In this document: positions 37,554 to 47,472 of the stretch, one piece after another
Position numbering within the stretch: the first letter of the stretch is position 1
How the letters are laid out: each line of letters opens with the position of its first letter
Assembly: GCA_038230715.1 (NCBI GenBank)
Contig: JBBRMS010000009.1
Coordinates: forward strand, 4,945-68,944
Length of the DNA stretch: 64,000 nucleotides
Source: Pyrinomonadales bacterium
GTDB lineage: Bacteria > Acidobacteriota > Blastocatellia > Pyrinomonadales > Pyrinomonadaceae
Direction: 5' to 3'
The notes under the pieces: model-generated
Database searches by the model: none
Seen by the model: the letters and a program-made list of their open reading frames with translations, nothing else
Told to the model about the DNA's origin: nothing
Translations under genes and position numbers: made by a program

Positions 37554-40500
37554 ATGCGAATTCTGATCTTCCCTCGTGGTCGAAAAACTTTTCTGCCGCT
37601 CACCTTTGGCTTTGGGTTGCTGGTCGTCGCTGCGGTCCTTTTTCTCGCCCCTCGATCCGAGGCGAACAGGCCAACCGCTTCTCAAGAGTCTCAACTTGTC
37701 ACCAGCAGCAAACCCGCTCGAGCCGAGTTTGTGCCGGGTGAAGCGCTGGTGCGATTCAAGCAGAACCGGGCTTTCGAAGGCGTGAGAGAACTGGCAGTGC
37801 CCAATCAGGAAGCAATCGCTCAAGGCAATTCACGGGCGGGCTCAAGCGCTTCGGCCTCGACCGAAGAGGTTCTGGTACAGGTCGAACGTTTTGAAGGATC
37901 AGATCTGGTCGACGGGTTGCGAATCGCACGCACTGCTCCGGACGATACGCTCAAAGCAGTAGCTGCGCTCGCTGCCCGCGATGATGTCCTGTATGCCGAA
38001 CCGAACTACATCCTGCACACTGACAGGACGCCCAACGATCCGAGCTATGTGGTTATTCCTACTCAACTATATGGATTGAACAAGATCGGCATGCCGCAAG
38101 CATGGGACACCATTACCGGAAGCACCGGAGCCAGCCAGATTGTGGTGGGCGTGGTTGATGAAGGTGTCGACATCAAACATCCGGATCTCCAAGCGAACAT
38201 CTGGACCAACCCTGCGCCGGGTGCACTTCCGGGATTCAGTCCGAAGGTGCAATTGAGCGCCGCGAGTTACAGTGTTGGCGAAGGCGGCGGCGCAGCTACC
38301 GTTACGGTGAACCGAGATCCCGGCGATCTGCACGGCTTTGATTTTGTGAGAACCACTGGGGACATCCCGGCGGAATTTCACGGTACACACGTGGCGGGCA
38401 CGATTGGAGCAGTCGGCGATAACAGCGTCGGGGTGGTGGGAGTCAACTGGCAAGTTGGCATCATGTCTCTGAGGTTCATCGACCAGACCACCAATAACGG
38501 CAATGAAGCCGATGCAATCAAGGCGTACAACTATGCTCGACAGATGCGCGCGCTGTGGCTCAGCAGCGGAGGCACGCAGGGCGCCAATGTGCGGGTACTG
38601 AATAACAGCTACGGCGGCTCGTCTTTTTCACAGGCTTCCTTCGATGCTATCAGCGCCCTCAACACGGCGAATATTCTGTTCGTGGCAGCGGCTGGCAACG
38701 AGAAAGCGAACACCGACCTCTCTCCGCATTTTCCATCAAGTTACGATTTGCCTAATGTGATCTCAGTCGCTGCGACAGACTCGAACGACGGATTGGCTGG
38801 TTTCTCAAACTTCGGCGCCCGCTCGGTCCTGCTGGGGGCGCCGGGAGTCGGAATTCTCAGTACGACTCCGAATAACACCTACTCACCCCTCAGCGGCACA
38901 TCGATGGCCACACCTCATGTGGCGGGCGCTGCGGCTTTGTTGTTAGCCCAGAACCCCAATCTGACCGTGGCCCAGTTGCGTGCGCTGCTTGAGTTCAATG
39001 GCGATCCCGCCGCGGAGCTGGCCGGCAAGACAGTATCCGGGCGACGATTGAATGTGGCCAACTCTATGCAGGCGCTCGCGTCCAACGACGTCAACCCCCC
39101 GGGAACAGTCACCAGCTTTCAGATCTCATCGCAAACCGGCCGCACTGTAAATCTCTCCTGGATCTCATCGGGTGACGATGGACTTGTCGGCAACGCTTCG
39201 CTTTACGAAATTAGTTTTGTTGACTCGTCGACCAATGCGACCACTACTCTGACGACCGTTATTCCCACGCCCACCGGGCAGCTGCAAACTGTCAGCGTCA
39301 ACATTCCGTATCGCCACACGGCGGGCACAATCAAGCTCCGGGAATTCGATAATGTCGGCAACGAAGGCACGCCGGCGATGCTCAGCGTCAATGTCGATCC
39401 GCTCGTGGGGGATCCTTATATACCGAGCCTCGCCGCTCCCGCTGCTCTTTCATCCGGGGGAACGGGTCTGGTGTTCAATTGCGACGACTGCTATCGCACT
39501 AGGGCATTACCCTTCAACTTCACATACTTTGGAGTTACCTACCCTGCGAACAGCTTAATCAAGGTCGGAAGTAACGGGACAATTTATTTCGAGCCTCCTA
39601 CTGCGCCCACCCGCCTCAATGGCGAAGCAAATGATGTCCCCAGTTCAGTTGGCGGAATGTCGCCGTTCAGAATGATCGCAGGCATGTGGGACGATCTGGA
39701 TCTGCGTACTTCGAGACGCGCGGATGCAGACGTTTACTTTATCCAGCCCGATGTCAGCCGGTTCATCCTGCGCTGGCAGGGAGTGCAGTTCGGCAACGGT
39801 GTAACCGGCGGTCCGGTTAATTTCGAAATTGAGTTGAACTCTAGCGGCGTGATCAAAACCCGCTATGGCAGCGGCAACACGAACCTGCTGCCGGTAGTCG
39901 GAATCTCCGGCGGCGAGCCGGACGTTTATTCGATCAGCGCGCTCACTTCTGAGTCGAGTCCAATCAGTCTCACCAATGCTCAGAGCGCCGTCTTTACCCC
40001 GAGAAGCCTCGGCCCAATTGCACCGCCGGACGGGATTTCAACTGCGGAACAAACGCGTGCGCCTCTGCCGTCGTCGGCGGTCGATCCCAGCCCCGCCGCC
40101 GCAGAGATAACACCTCAGGTGAGCAACGTAACCGTCGCCTTTGCGACGAGCGACACAGCCGGCGCGCAGCCCTGCAGTACTGTGAACGGAAGGGCTTCGT
40201 CACGTTGCGACTACCTGACCACCCTCGGAACGATCAGTTTTGCCGATGGTGAAAATTCGAAGACCATCCGCATCCCCATCATCGACGACACCTTTATGGA
40301 AGGGCCGGAAACCTTCACGGTAACTTTGAGCAATGCTTCGGGCGTGCCGATGGGAACGCAAACGACCGCGACCATAAGCATTACCGACAACGACTCTACC
40401 AGTGCGGGGAATCCGCTCGACACCACCGGGTTCTTTGTGCGCCAGCACTATCTTGATTTTCTTAATCGCGAACCTGACGCTTCGGGCCTGGCTTTCTGGA

Positions 40501-41207
40501 CCGGCAATATCGACAACTGCACGCCGCAACCATCATGTACTGAAGCTCAGCGCATCAACACTTCGGCGGCCTTCTTTCTCTCGATTGAATTTCAGGACAC
40601 CGGCTATCTGGTCGAGCGGCTTTACAAAGCTGCTTACGGAAGTCCGAACGGCGACTCTACATTTGGCGGTGTGCACACACTTCCGGTACCCGTGGTCCGC
40701 TTCAATGAATTCCTCCCCGACACGCAACAGATCGGCCAGGGAGTTGTGGTGGGCCAGGGCAATTGGCAACTGCAATTAGAGAATAACAAAGAGGCCTTTA
40801 CGGCTGCGTTCGTGCAACGTCCTCCGTTTATCGCGGCTTTCCCGCTCTCGCTGACACCTGCCCAGTTTGTCGACAAGCTGAACTTAAATGCCGGTAATCC
40901 GCTGTCGCAGGTAGAGCGCGATCAACTGGTGAGCGACTTGACCGGGGGCATGAAGACCCGTGCGCAGGTCCTGCGTGCGGTGGCGGAAGACCCCGACCTG
41001 AAGACGTCCGAGTTCAATCGCGCCTTTGTGCTGATGCAGTTCTTCGGCTATTTGCGACGAAATCCCAATGACTTACCCGATATTGACTATACCGGCTATG
41101 ACTTCTGGCTGAGTAAGCTCAATCAGTTCAACGGGAACTACGCTAATGCCGATATGGTAAAGGCCTTTATTAATTCGGCCGAGTATCGCCAACGGGTCGG
41201 CCCCTAA
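37554..41207 (+). CDS. Protein A: secreted S8 subtilase (I9 propeptide, S8 catalytic, FN3-like, NIDO-like, Calx-beta) ending in the shared double-DUF4214 module
   Basis: Signal peptide from ATG 37554. Catalytic triad contexts are VGVVDEGVD, HGTHVAGTIGA and GTSMATPHVAGAAA. NIDO-like region LPFNFTYFGVTYPANSLIKVGSNGTIYF...MWDDLD. Calx-beta region ISFADGENSKTIRIPIIDDTFMEGPETFTVTL. The C-terminal module is at 40410-41204. Confidence 0.9.
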   Translation: MRILIFPRGRKTFLPLTFGFGLLVVAAVLFLAPRSEANRPTASQESQLVTSSKPARAEFVPGEALVRFKQNRAFEGVRELAVPNQEAIAQGNSRAGSSASASTEEVLVQVERFEGSDLVDGLRIARTAPDDTLKAVAALAARDDVLYAEPNYILHTDRTPNDPSYVVIPTQLYGLNKIGMPQAWDTITGSTGASQIVVGVVDEGVDIKHPDLQANIWTNPAPGALPGFSPKVQLSAASYSVGEGGGAATVTVNRDPGDLHGFDFVRTTGDIPAEFHGTHVAGTIGAVGDNSVGVVGVNWQVGIMSLRFIDQTTNNGNEADAIKAYNYARQMRALWLSSGGTQGANVRVLNNSYGGSSFSQASFDAISALNTANILFVAAAGNEKANTDLSPHFPSSYDLPNVISVAATDSNDGLAGFSNFGARSVLLGAPGVGILSTTPNNTYSPLSGTSMATPHVAGAAALLLAQNPNLTVAQLRALLEFNGDPAAELAGKTVSGRRLNVANSMQALASNDVNPPGTVTSFQISSQTGRTVNLSWISSGDDGLVGNASLYEISFVDSSTNATTTLTTVIPTPTGQLQTVSVNIPYRHTAGTIKLREFDNVGNEGTPAMLSVNVDPLVGDPYIPSLAAPAALSSGGTGLVFNCDDCYRTRALPFNFTYFGVTYPANSLIKVGSNGTIYFEPPTAPTRLNGEANDVPSSVGGMSPFRMIAGMWDDLDLRTSRRADADVYFIQPDVSRFILRWQGVQFGNGVTGGPVNFEIELNSSGVIKTRYGSGNTNLLPVVGISGGEPDVYSISALTSESSPISLTNAQSAVFTPRSLGPIAPPDGISTAEQTRAPLPSSAVDPSPAAAEITPQVSNVTVAFATSDTAGAQPCSTVNGRASSRCDYLTTLGTISFADGENSKTIRIPIIDDTFMEGPETFTVTLSNASGVPMGTQTTATISITDNDSTSAGNPLDTTGFFVRQHYLDFLNREPDASGLAFWTGNIDNCTPQPSCTEAQRINTSAAFFLSIEFQDTGYLVERLYKAAYGSPNGDSTFGGVHTLPVPVVRFNEFLPDTQQIGQGVVVGQGNWQLQLENNKEAFTAAFVQRPPFIAAFPLSLTPAQFVDKLNLNAGNPLSQVERDQLVSDLTGGMKTRAQVLRAVAEDPDLKTSEFNRAFVLMQFFGYLRRNPNDLPDIDYTGYDFWLSKLNQFNGNYANADMVKAFINSAEYRQRVGP
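40410..41204 (+). repeat. Shared C-terminal module, copy A (265 aa)
   Basis: NPLDTTGFFVRQHYLDFLNREPDASGLAFW...AAFFLSIEFQDTGYLVERLYKAAYG...EFNRAFVLMQFFGYLRRNPND...GYDFWLSKLNQFNGNYANADMVKAFINSAEYRQR. Confidence 0.9.
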
Positions 41208-41383
41208 GAAAAGTCGACAATTCCGGGCCGGGCCGCGTCAAAATGATGGCAACTAATTGATTGACAGCCCTAAGCCGGGCCGCTACACTTCGTGATGCCT
41301 CTCAGGTGAAAGCACCTTTTATCAGACCAGACGCCAGCCCCAATTCTGGTTGGTTTTCCAACAGGGACCAGGAGCCGCAAAAG

Positions 41384-42364
41384 ATGAAAATCGCAGTTAC
41401 CCTTTTAGTGATCGCGCTTGCTGGCGTGAGTGCGTTGGCGCAGAGTCCGACTCTACGCGTAGTCACCGACGACCCTAACCTGCCGTCCGAACTCTACTAC
41501 GGCAACGTAAAAGTTAAACCGTTGCGAGTCAGACCCGGAACCAATCCACCACAGCTGATCACGATTGATGATTCTGATTTCTTTGTGCAACAGCAGTACG
41601 TGGACTTTCTGAATCGCATGCCGGACCAGAGCGGCTTCGCCTTCTGGAACAACAACATCACCAACTGCGGGGCAAACGCTACGTGCATTGACGCCGCGCG
41701 GGTTAATACTTCAGCCGCCTTCTATCTCTCGATTGAATTCCAGACAACCGGATACCTGGTCGAACGCATGTATAAGTCGGCCTATGGAAGCGCGAATGGA
41801 ACCTCGACATTTGGCGGGACCCATACACTGCCGGTGCCGATCGTGAAACTGAGCGAGTTTATACCCGACACCAAACAGATTGGTTCAGGACTAATCGTCG
41901 GTCAGACGGGTTGGGAGGCGGTCCTGGAAGCGAACAAGCAGAGCTTTGCGGTCGCTTTCGTGCAACGCACCCCCTTCACCGCCGTGTATGCTCCCTCGAT
42001 GACCCCAGCTGCGTATGTCAACGCTCTCTATGCGAATACCGGCATCACGCCTTCAGCGACAGACGTCAGCACAGCCGTCGGGGAGTTCGGCGGCGCCTCT
42101 GACATCAGCAACGTGACCGCGCGGGCGAAGGCGCTGCGAGACGTGGCCGACAATCCGGCTTTGTCGACCCAGGAATTCAATCGGGCTTTTGTGCTGATGC
42201 AGTTCTTCGGTTACCTGCGACGAGATCCGAACACCGGCAACGACACCGACTACACCGGCTATGACTTCTGGCTGACCAAACTGAATCAGTTCAGCGGCAA
42301 TTTTCAGAATGCCGACATGGTCAAGTCGTTCATCGTCTCAAGTGAATATAAAGCCAGGTTCTGA
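41384..42364 (+). CDS. Protein B: secreted protein consisting almost only of the shared double-DUF4214 module
   Basis: ATG 41384 gives signal peptide MKIAVTLLVIALAGVSALAQS, then about 37 aa, then the module at 41558-42361. Confidence 0.85.
   Translation: MKIAVTLLVIALAGVSALAQSPTLRVVTDDPNLPSELYYGNVKVKPLRVRPGTNPPQLITIDDSDFFVQQQYVDFLNRMPDQSGFAFWNNNITNCGANATCIDAARVNTSAAFYLSIEFQTTGYLVERMYKSAYGSANGTSTFGGTHTLPVPIVKLSEFIPDTKQIGSGLIVGQTGWEAVLEANKQSFAVAFVQRTPFTAVYAPSMTPAAYVNALYANTGITPSATDVSTAVGEFGGASDISNVTARAKALRDVADNPALSTQEFNRAFVLMQFFGYLRRDPNTGNDTDYTGYDFWLTKLNQFSGNFQNADMVKSFIVSSEYKARF
41558..42361 (+). repeat. Shared C-terminal module, copy B (268 aa)
   Basis: DSDFFVQQQYVDFLNRMPDQSGFAFW...AAFYLSIEFQTTGYLVERMYKSAYG...EFNRAFVLMQFFGYLRRDPN...GYDFWLTKLNQFSGNFQNADMVKSFIVSSEYKARF. 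It shares the exact 23-mer TTTGTGCTGATGCAGTTCTTCGG with copy A (41025-41047 vs 42188-42210). Confidence 0.9.
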
Positions 42365-42391
42365 GACCTGCTTTACTCCGAACATTCAAAG

Positions 42392-42419
42392 GGCCGGCGC
42401 TTGGACGCCGGCCTTTTTG
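42392..42419 (+). terminator. Rho-independent terminator
   Basis: GGCCGGCG-CTTGGA-CGCCGGCC followed by TTTTT. Confidence 0.8.
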
Positions 42420-42507
42420 CTGAGGCTACGTGTGATCTCGTGGAACGATCCACGAAACCTCGCGAACCACGGGAAGAAGGAGTGGGCCTGAACTGTGAAC
42501 CCGATTG

Positions 42508-43638
42508 CTATCGCAATAGGAGTTCTCTGTAGACCTCCAACGTCATCCGCGCCGTCCTCTCCCATGAATACTGTCCGGCGTGCTCCCGCCCCGCTGCCCC
42601 CAACGCCTGTCGCTGATTGGTATCCTTGAGCAATTCGACAATTGTGCCGGCCAGGGCATTCACATCGAGAGGTTCGACCAACCGTGCGGCACTGCCTAAA
42701 ACTTCCTGCAAACTCGGAATCCGGCCAGCAATTACCGGCGCACCGCACGCCATCGCCTCAAGAGGTGGCAAGCCGAATCCTTCGTATACAGACGGATAAG
42801 CAAAAACTTTACAGGACGAATAGAGCCCTCGCAGTTCCTCGTCGCTTAGATAGCCAGTAAAGCAGAGGCGATCACTAATGCCCGAGCTCCGAATGAAGGC
42901 AAACATGTCATCCATCAACCAGCCTTCACCGCCGGCGATTACAAGTTGAGGACGCAGATCCGTATGCTCGATTATCTGTTTGAATGCCTTGAGCAGGGTG
43001 AGCAGGTTCTTGCGCGGTTCGAGCGTGCCGACAAAAAGCACGAAATCGTCTGCGATTCCCAAACGCTTTCTGAGTTCGGCGCTTTGCGCGAATGGTAACG
43101 GCTTAAAGCTGCCTCGCGCGGCTGAATGAATGGCCGTTACGCGATCGGGTTTGATCTTGAAACGCTCACAGATCTCGCGCTTAACGCTTTCAGTTGGGGT
43201 GATGATCCGGTCGGCAAAGCGGACCACCAAAGGCAAACGCAAACGGGCGCGGCGCACGAGCCGTGAGCGATGCTTGTCGGGGTGCAACAGTGCTGACAAA
43301 TCATGGATGGTAACGACACTTCGTCCCTGCTTCCATAACGGCACGTCAAAGTTGGTCCCATGAAATAAGTCAAAGGCAGCCCGGCGGATGTACATCGGCA
43401 AACCGATAGACCACCAGTGGCCCCGGATCGAAGAGGCTCGCGGATTTTTGGTGAGCAGGTTGGGCAGGCTCGCGTGCTTAATTTCAGCCAGGGCGGTGTC
43501 ATTGAAAGGAGCCGGCGAAACCAACTCAAACTCATCGCGGGGCGAGATGAGGGCCAGCGAGCGCGCCAGTTCCAGCGTGTAGTGACCGACTCCGGTTCTG
43601 GGTTCAGCCAGCGGATATCCGTCAATTCCTACACGCAT
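42508..43638 (-). CDS. GT4-family (group 1) glycosyltransferase
   Basis: GT-B C-terminal signature [33 protein letters not shown] (EX7E region) and an N-terminal GT4 domain. Confidence 0.85.
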   Translation of the reverse strand: MRVGIDGYPLAEPRTGVGHYTLELARSLALISPRDEFELVSPAPFNDTALAEIKHASLPNLLTKNPRASSIRGHWWSIGLPMYIRRAAFDLFHGTNFDVPLWKQGRSVVTIHDLSALLHPDKHRSRLVRRARLRLPLVVRFADRIITPTESVKREICERFKIKPDRVTAIHSAARGSFKPLPFAQSAELRKRLGIADDFVLFVGTLEPRKNLLTLLKAFKQIIEHTDLRPQLVIAGGEGWLMDDMFAFIRSSGISDRLCFTGYLSDEELRGLYSSCKVFAYPSVYEGFGLPPLEAMACGAPVIAGRIPSLQEVLGSAARLVEPLDVNALAGTIVELLKDTNQRQALGAAGREHAGQYSWERTARMTLEVYRELLLR

Positions 43639-43697
43639 TTATGGCCACCGCAAATTTCGGATTTGCGCGGGCAGGCTTCGGACCTGCGCGATTTGGA

Positions 43698-46600
43698 TCA
43701 GAGTCCGAATCGCTGTTTGTATTCGGTTGAGGTGATGAACGCCTTGACCATCTCGGCGTTGACGAAGTTGCCGTTGAATTGATTCAGCTTGGCCAGCCAG
43801 AAGTTGTACCCTCCGAAATCGAGGGTTGCTTCCGGCGCATCGTTTGGATTGCGCTGCAGGTAACCAAAATATTCCATCAGCACAAAGGCCCGGTTGAATT
43901 CCTGTTGGGCCACCATCGGATCCTCGGCGACCAGGCGGAGGGCGCGGGCCCGCGCCGCTGCATCGGCGGGTGTAGTCGAGTTGAACTCACTGACGGCCGC
44001 GGCCCGATTTGTTCCTGACGCCGGAGCGAGCCCAACATTTGTATAAAGCTTGTCCACGAACTGCTGGGCAGTTAACCCGGAAGCAAAGGCCGTGGTAAAG
44101 GCAGAGCGCTGTACGAAATCATTAAAGAACGTTTGCTTGTTCGACTCGAGCAGAGATTCCCAACCAGTCTGATTCACGATCACGTCGTGACCGATCTGTC
44201 TGGTATCAGGCAGAAACGCACTCAACCGCACAGGCACCGGCGTGCCGGCGATATCACCGTAGGCGGCTTTGTAACTTCGATAAACCAGGTAACCGGTCTG
44301 TTGGAACTCAACCGAAAGAAAGAACGCCGCCGAGACATTGATGCGCTTGATCTCGATGCACTGCTGATCGCTGCCGCATGAATTGATCTGGCTGGTCCAG
44401 AAGGCAAAGCCGGCTGAATCAGGTTCGCGGTTGAGGAAGTCCAGATATTGCTGCCGCACGAAATAATCGGTGGTGGTGATCGGATTTGGAGCCGGGGAAC
44501 CACCCGCATTAATCGTGACGTGGGGAGCGGTGTCGTTGGGCCGGCTGCCCGCGCCCCCGACTGCCACCACGATAGGTAGATCTCCGGTATCAACGGTTGA
44601 CGGCAAGGTAAAGTCAAACTCATCATTCCCTGGCAAATCAATGAATCTCGCCGCCCTCGGTGTAATCACTGTCGTACCCACCCGGACAGTTAACGAACTG
44701 GCGAGGGTGTTACGGATGCCCGTTAGGGAAACTCTGAGGACAGTGGGCACCTGCGCACCGGTACCGTCATTCGTAGTCACAAAGAACGGCTCAGGCGTGC
44801 ACACGGTTGGATTAGTAATGTTGCAAACCTTGGCCCGCCCCAAAGGTCCGTTCGTGCTGGTAAATATGTCGGGTTGAGTCGCGACGATCACGATCGAACC
44901 CCGAACGACTGTGCCTTTGTTGTTGATGACGATGTTATAGGTACCAGGCGCTAAACCAATCGGCGCGACAAATTTGATCTCGCCCGAGGCCACCGCATAG
45001 AGGCCGCAAGCGGCGTTATTGATGGCTACCGAAACACCATTCAACTCAATCGGCAGAGCGGGTGCGCGTCCCGATTCCGAGGCGTTGCTGTTATTGACTG
45101 TGACAGTCGCATCGGACAGGCTGGTGCTGGACTGGAAAAATCCCAACTCGCCGGGCGCCAAACCCAGAACCACGAACGGAGTCGGACTACCGGTTGGTGT
45201 AGGTGACGGCGATGGCGACGGACTGGGTGATGGGCTGGCCGTGGCCGTCGCGGTTGGACTCGCGACCGGCACCGGGATGCGGCTGGCGCCCGTGGACGAT
45301 GTAAGTGTTCCCGCTGACTCGGTCGCGATGGCTGGCGTTAGCTGATAAAAGGTCTCGACTGTGCTATCCGAATTGCCGCCGCCCAACTCCGCCGTGATGC
45401 TCATTACCATCCGCCGACCGGTGCGCCCTGCGGCGGCGTTGACACCGTTATCGGGAATGCCCCGCAGCGCGACAAAGCTCGGAATATTTGTCAGTCGCGA
45501 AAACGGTCCGGTTGAAATGGCCGGCAAAGGAGCCAGGAAAACCTGCTCGACATGCCTGGTATTTAAACCTGTCGTCGCATCCTGCGCTTCCGTTGGGAAA
45601 GATCCATCGGTATTAAAGTTCAGCGCCGAAGTAAAGATTACCGAGGCCGGCCGCAAGGCTGCGTCATAGTCGGTAAACGTCGGGTAATGGAGTATGTCTC
45701 CGCTGAGGGATCGCGGTCCCACCTGCGCAAAGGTGTCGGCTGAGACATCGTAAACAAAGGTAACCGGGTACTTGATTGGGACGGCGTCAGCTTTTGGATC
45801 AGCAGCAGCAGACTCGAAAGCAATCAATTTTCCGTCGCGACTCAAGCGGCGGCCAAACTGAAATCCATTCGTCGTCGAAGTCACATTCCCGTTCGTATCG
45901 AGGGCGTCTTTTGTCTTCGTGACCTGTTTCAGGCCGCTGACCACACCCGACGCGGGGTTGAAATTCGCCAGATAGATCTCGGCATTCAAATCGGTATTCG
46001 TAGTCAACAAATTCGAGTTTGAGACAAAAGCCAGGACCGACCCATTACTGGAAAGAGTTGGATTCGAACTGAAGATGGGGTTCTTGAACGACGTCGACTT
46101 TGTGTTCGTTATCTGTGTAAACGGTCCCGTTCCTACAGCGTTGTCACTGGCGACAGTCCGATAGAGAAACACCTCCGGATTGGCAACTCCCGCCGGCACG
46201 GCATCGGCATCAACATTACCTCCCGCGACAATGTCCCGGTTTGAGGTAAAGGCTATGACTGCGCCGTCATCACTGATGGTGGCATCGCGGTTATCAAAGG
46301 CAACTCGCGGCGCCGGCGAGGTCGACGAACCCGCGACTGGGGGGGCGCTCGCAGGTGTATTGGTAATCCGCGTGAACGTTCCTGTAGCTAGATTGACCGG
46401 CCCTACATCTGCTCCACTTGCCAGCGCTGACTGTGGAATCTCGGGCACAGTAAACCTGTAAGTCCAAATCTCCTGATTCATGTCCGTAGCGATCGTGCCG
46501 CCCGGATTAGTGCCGTCAAAGCTCGCCGGGGTGACGGGAGCGTTCGAACTAAAAACAATTGTGTACGTGCGTTGACCGGCAACCAGCAGCGGCTCGAGCG

Positions 46601-47111
46601 TAATCATCGGCTCGTTGTTGCTGATTTCAATGGCCACGTTGCTCGGATCTACCGGCGTCGGAGTGGGACTGGCCGTTGGTGTCGGACTGGCTGATGGACT
46701 GGCACTCGGACTGGGGCTTGGACTTGGACTTGGACTCGGAGTTGGCGAAGGGCTGCCGGGCGGATTCAGGACGCTCTTGGTATTCGTCAGCTGAAAAATT
46801 CTACGCTGCGCATAGTCAAACAGAAACAGCTCGCGATTGCCGTCCTCGTTGTTGCGAGGATTCGCGTTCGGGGTGCCACTGGCATTAAACGTAGCGATCT
46901 TCTCGGTCGCAATATCACCGTTTGATTCAATGACGACAAAGCGTCCGTTGGCCGAGATATCTCCCGCAAAGGAATCGCGGTTGGTGCGAGTTATCTGGCT
47001 GACAAACGGATCCGGAGTGGAATTGGCAGGCGCTTGCGCCGTAGTCAGCGCGCTGGCGACGAGCATACACGCCGCCGCGGCGCACAAGAAAGCAATAACC
47101 AGTCTTATCAT
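43698..47111 (-). CDS. Protein C: secreted PD40/TolB-like beta-propeller protein with two Pro/Ser/Thr linkers and an Ig-like (TIGR03437-like) domain, ending in the shared module
   Basis: The start at MIRLVIAFLCAAAACMLVASALTTAQA gives a signal peptide. Repeats of the type ISANGRFVVIES...NEDGNRELFLFD, ISDDGAVIAFTSN, LSSNGSVLAFVSN and LSRDGKLIAFES. Linkers PSPTPSPSPSPSPSPSASPSASPTPTASPTPTP and ASPSPSPSPSPSPTPTGSPTP. Ig-like region LNGVSVAINNAACGLYAVASGEIKFVAP. The module is at 43701-44486. Confidence 0.85.
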   Translation of the reverse strand: MIRLVIAFLCAAAACMLVASALTTAQAPANSTPDPFVSQITRTNRDSFAGDISANGRFVVIESNGDIATEKIATFNASGTPNANPRNNEDGNRELFLFDYAQRRIFQLTNTKSVLNPPGSPSPTPSPSPSPSPSPSASPSASPTPTASPTPTPVDPSNVAIEISNNEPMITLEPLLVAGQRTYTIVFSSNAPVTPASFDGTNPGGTIATDMNQEIWTYRFTVPEIPQSALASGADVGPVNLATGTFTRITNTPASAPPVAGSSTSPAPRVAFDNRDATISDDGAVIAFTSNRDIVAGGNVDADAVPAGVANPEVFLYRTVASDNAVGTGPFTQITNTKSTSFKNPIFSSNPTLSSNGSVLAFVSNSNLLTTNTDLNAEIYLANFNPASGVVSGLKQVTKTKDALDTNGNVTSTTNGFQFGRRLSRDGKLIAFESAAADPKADAVPIKYPVTFVYDVSADTFAQVGPRSLSGDILHYPTFTDYDAALRPASVIFTSALNFNTDGSFPTEAQDATTGLNTRHVEQVFLAPLPAISTGPFSRLTNIPSFVALRGIPDNGVNAAAGRTGRRMVMSITAELGGGNSDSTVETFYQLTPAIATESAGTLTSSTGASRIPVPVASPTATATASPSPSPSPSPSPTPTGSPTPFVVLGLAPGELGFFQSSTSLSDATVTVNNSNASESGRAPALPIELNGVSVAINNAACGLYAVASGEIKFVAPIGLAPGTYNIVINNKGTVVRGSIVIVATQPDIFTSTNGPLGRAKVCNITNPTVCTPEPFFVTTNDGTGAQVPTVLRVSLTGIRNTLASSLTVRVGTTVITPRAARFIDLPGNDEFDFTLPSTVDTGDLPIVVAVGGAGSRPNDTAPHVTINAGGSPAPNPITTTDYFVRQQYLDFLNREPDSAGFAFWTSQINSCGSDQQCIEIKRINVSAAFFLSVEFQQTGYLVYRSYKAAYGDIAGTPVPVRLSAFLPDTRQIGHDVIVNQTGWESLLESNKQTFFNDFVQRSAFTTAFASGLTAQQFVDKLYTNVGLAPASGTNRAAAVSEFNSTTPADAAARARALRLVAEDPMVAQQEFNRAFVLMEYFGYLQRNPNDAPEATLDFGGYNFWLAKLNQFNGNFVNAEMVKAFITSTEYKQRFGL
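43701..44486 (-). repeat. Shared C-terminal module, copy C (262 aa)
   Basis: NPITTTDYFVRQQYLDFLNREPDSAGFAFW...AAFFLSVEFQQTGYLVYRSYKAAYG...EFNRAFVLMEYFGYLQRNPND...GYNFWLAKLNQFNGNFVNAEMVKAFITSTEYKQRFGL. Confidence 0.9.
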
Positions 47112-47472
47112 TAAGAATATGAACGAACTATCAAAGTGCTCACTGGGGATTTGAGCCAAGCCAGCAAGAGCGACTACCTCGAATTATTAAGCAGTCAGGC
47201 CGCACATTGTAAGCGTTGGGCTGCTGTAACCGCAAGCCGCCACTCAGTTTTGTGGCACGCGCATCGGGCACGTGATCCACGGGCGGCCCGCCCGCACGAC
47301 TATTTCAGCACTCCGCTTAGTTTCAGGTGGCCCTCTGCTGGTTGCTCTGAACCCGCGGTTTCGTGTGATTTCGAGGATGGAATCTCTGCTCCATCGTGAT
47401 GGCCTATAAAATCACACGAAAAACAGCCAATTCCCGATCGACCGGCAATCACCGAAACTGACTTCAATACAA

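Noticed and set aside
45170-46770. Short tandem DNA repeats (GGACTTGGACTTGGACTCGGAG..., GGCGATGGCGACGGACTGGG...) that could be mistaken for a repeat array or CRISPR.
   Set aside because: They lie in frame inside protein C and encode the Pro/Ser/Thr linkers. There is no repeat-spacer periodicity of CRISPR size, and there are no cas genes.
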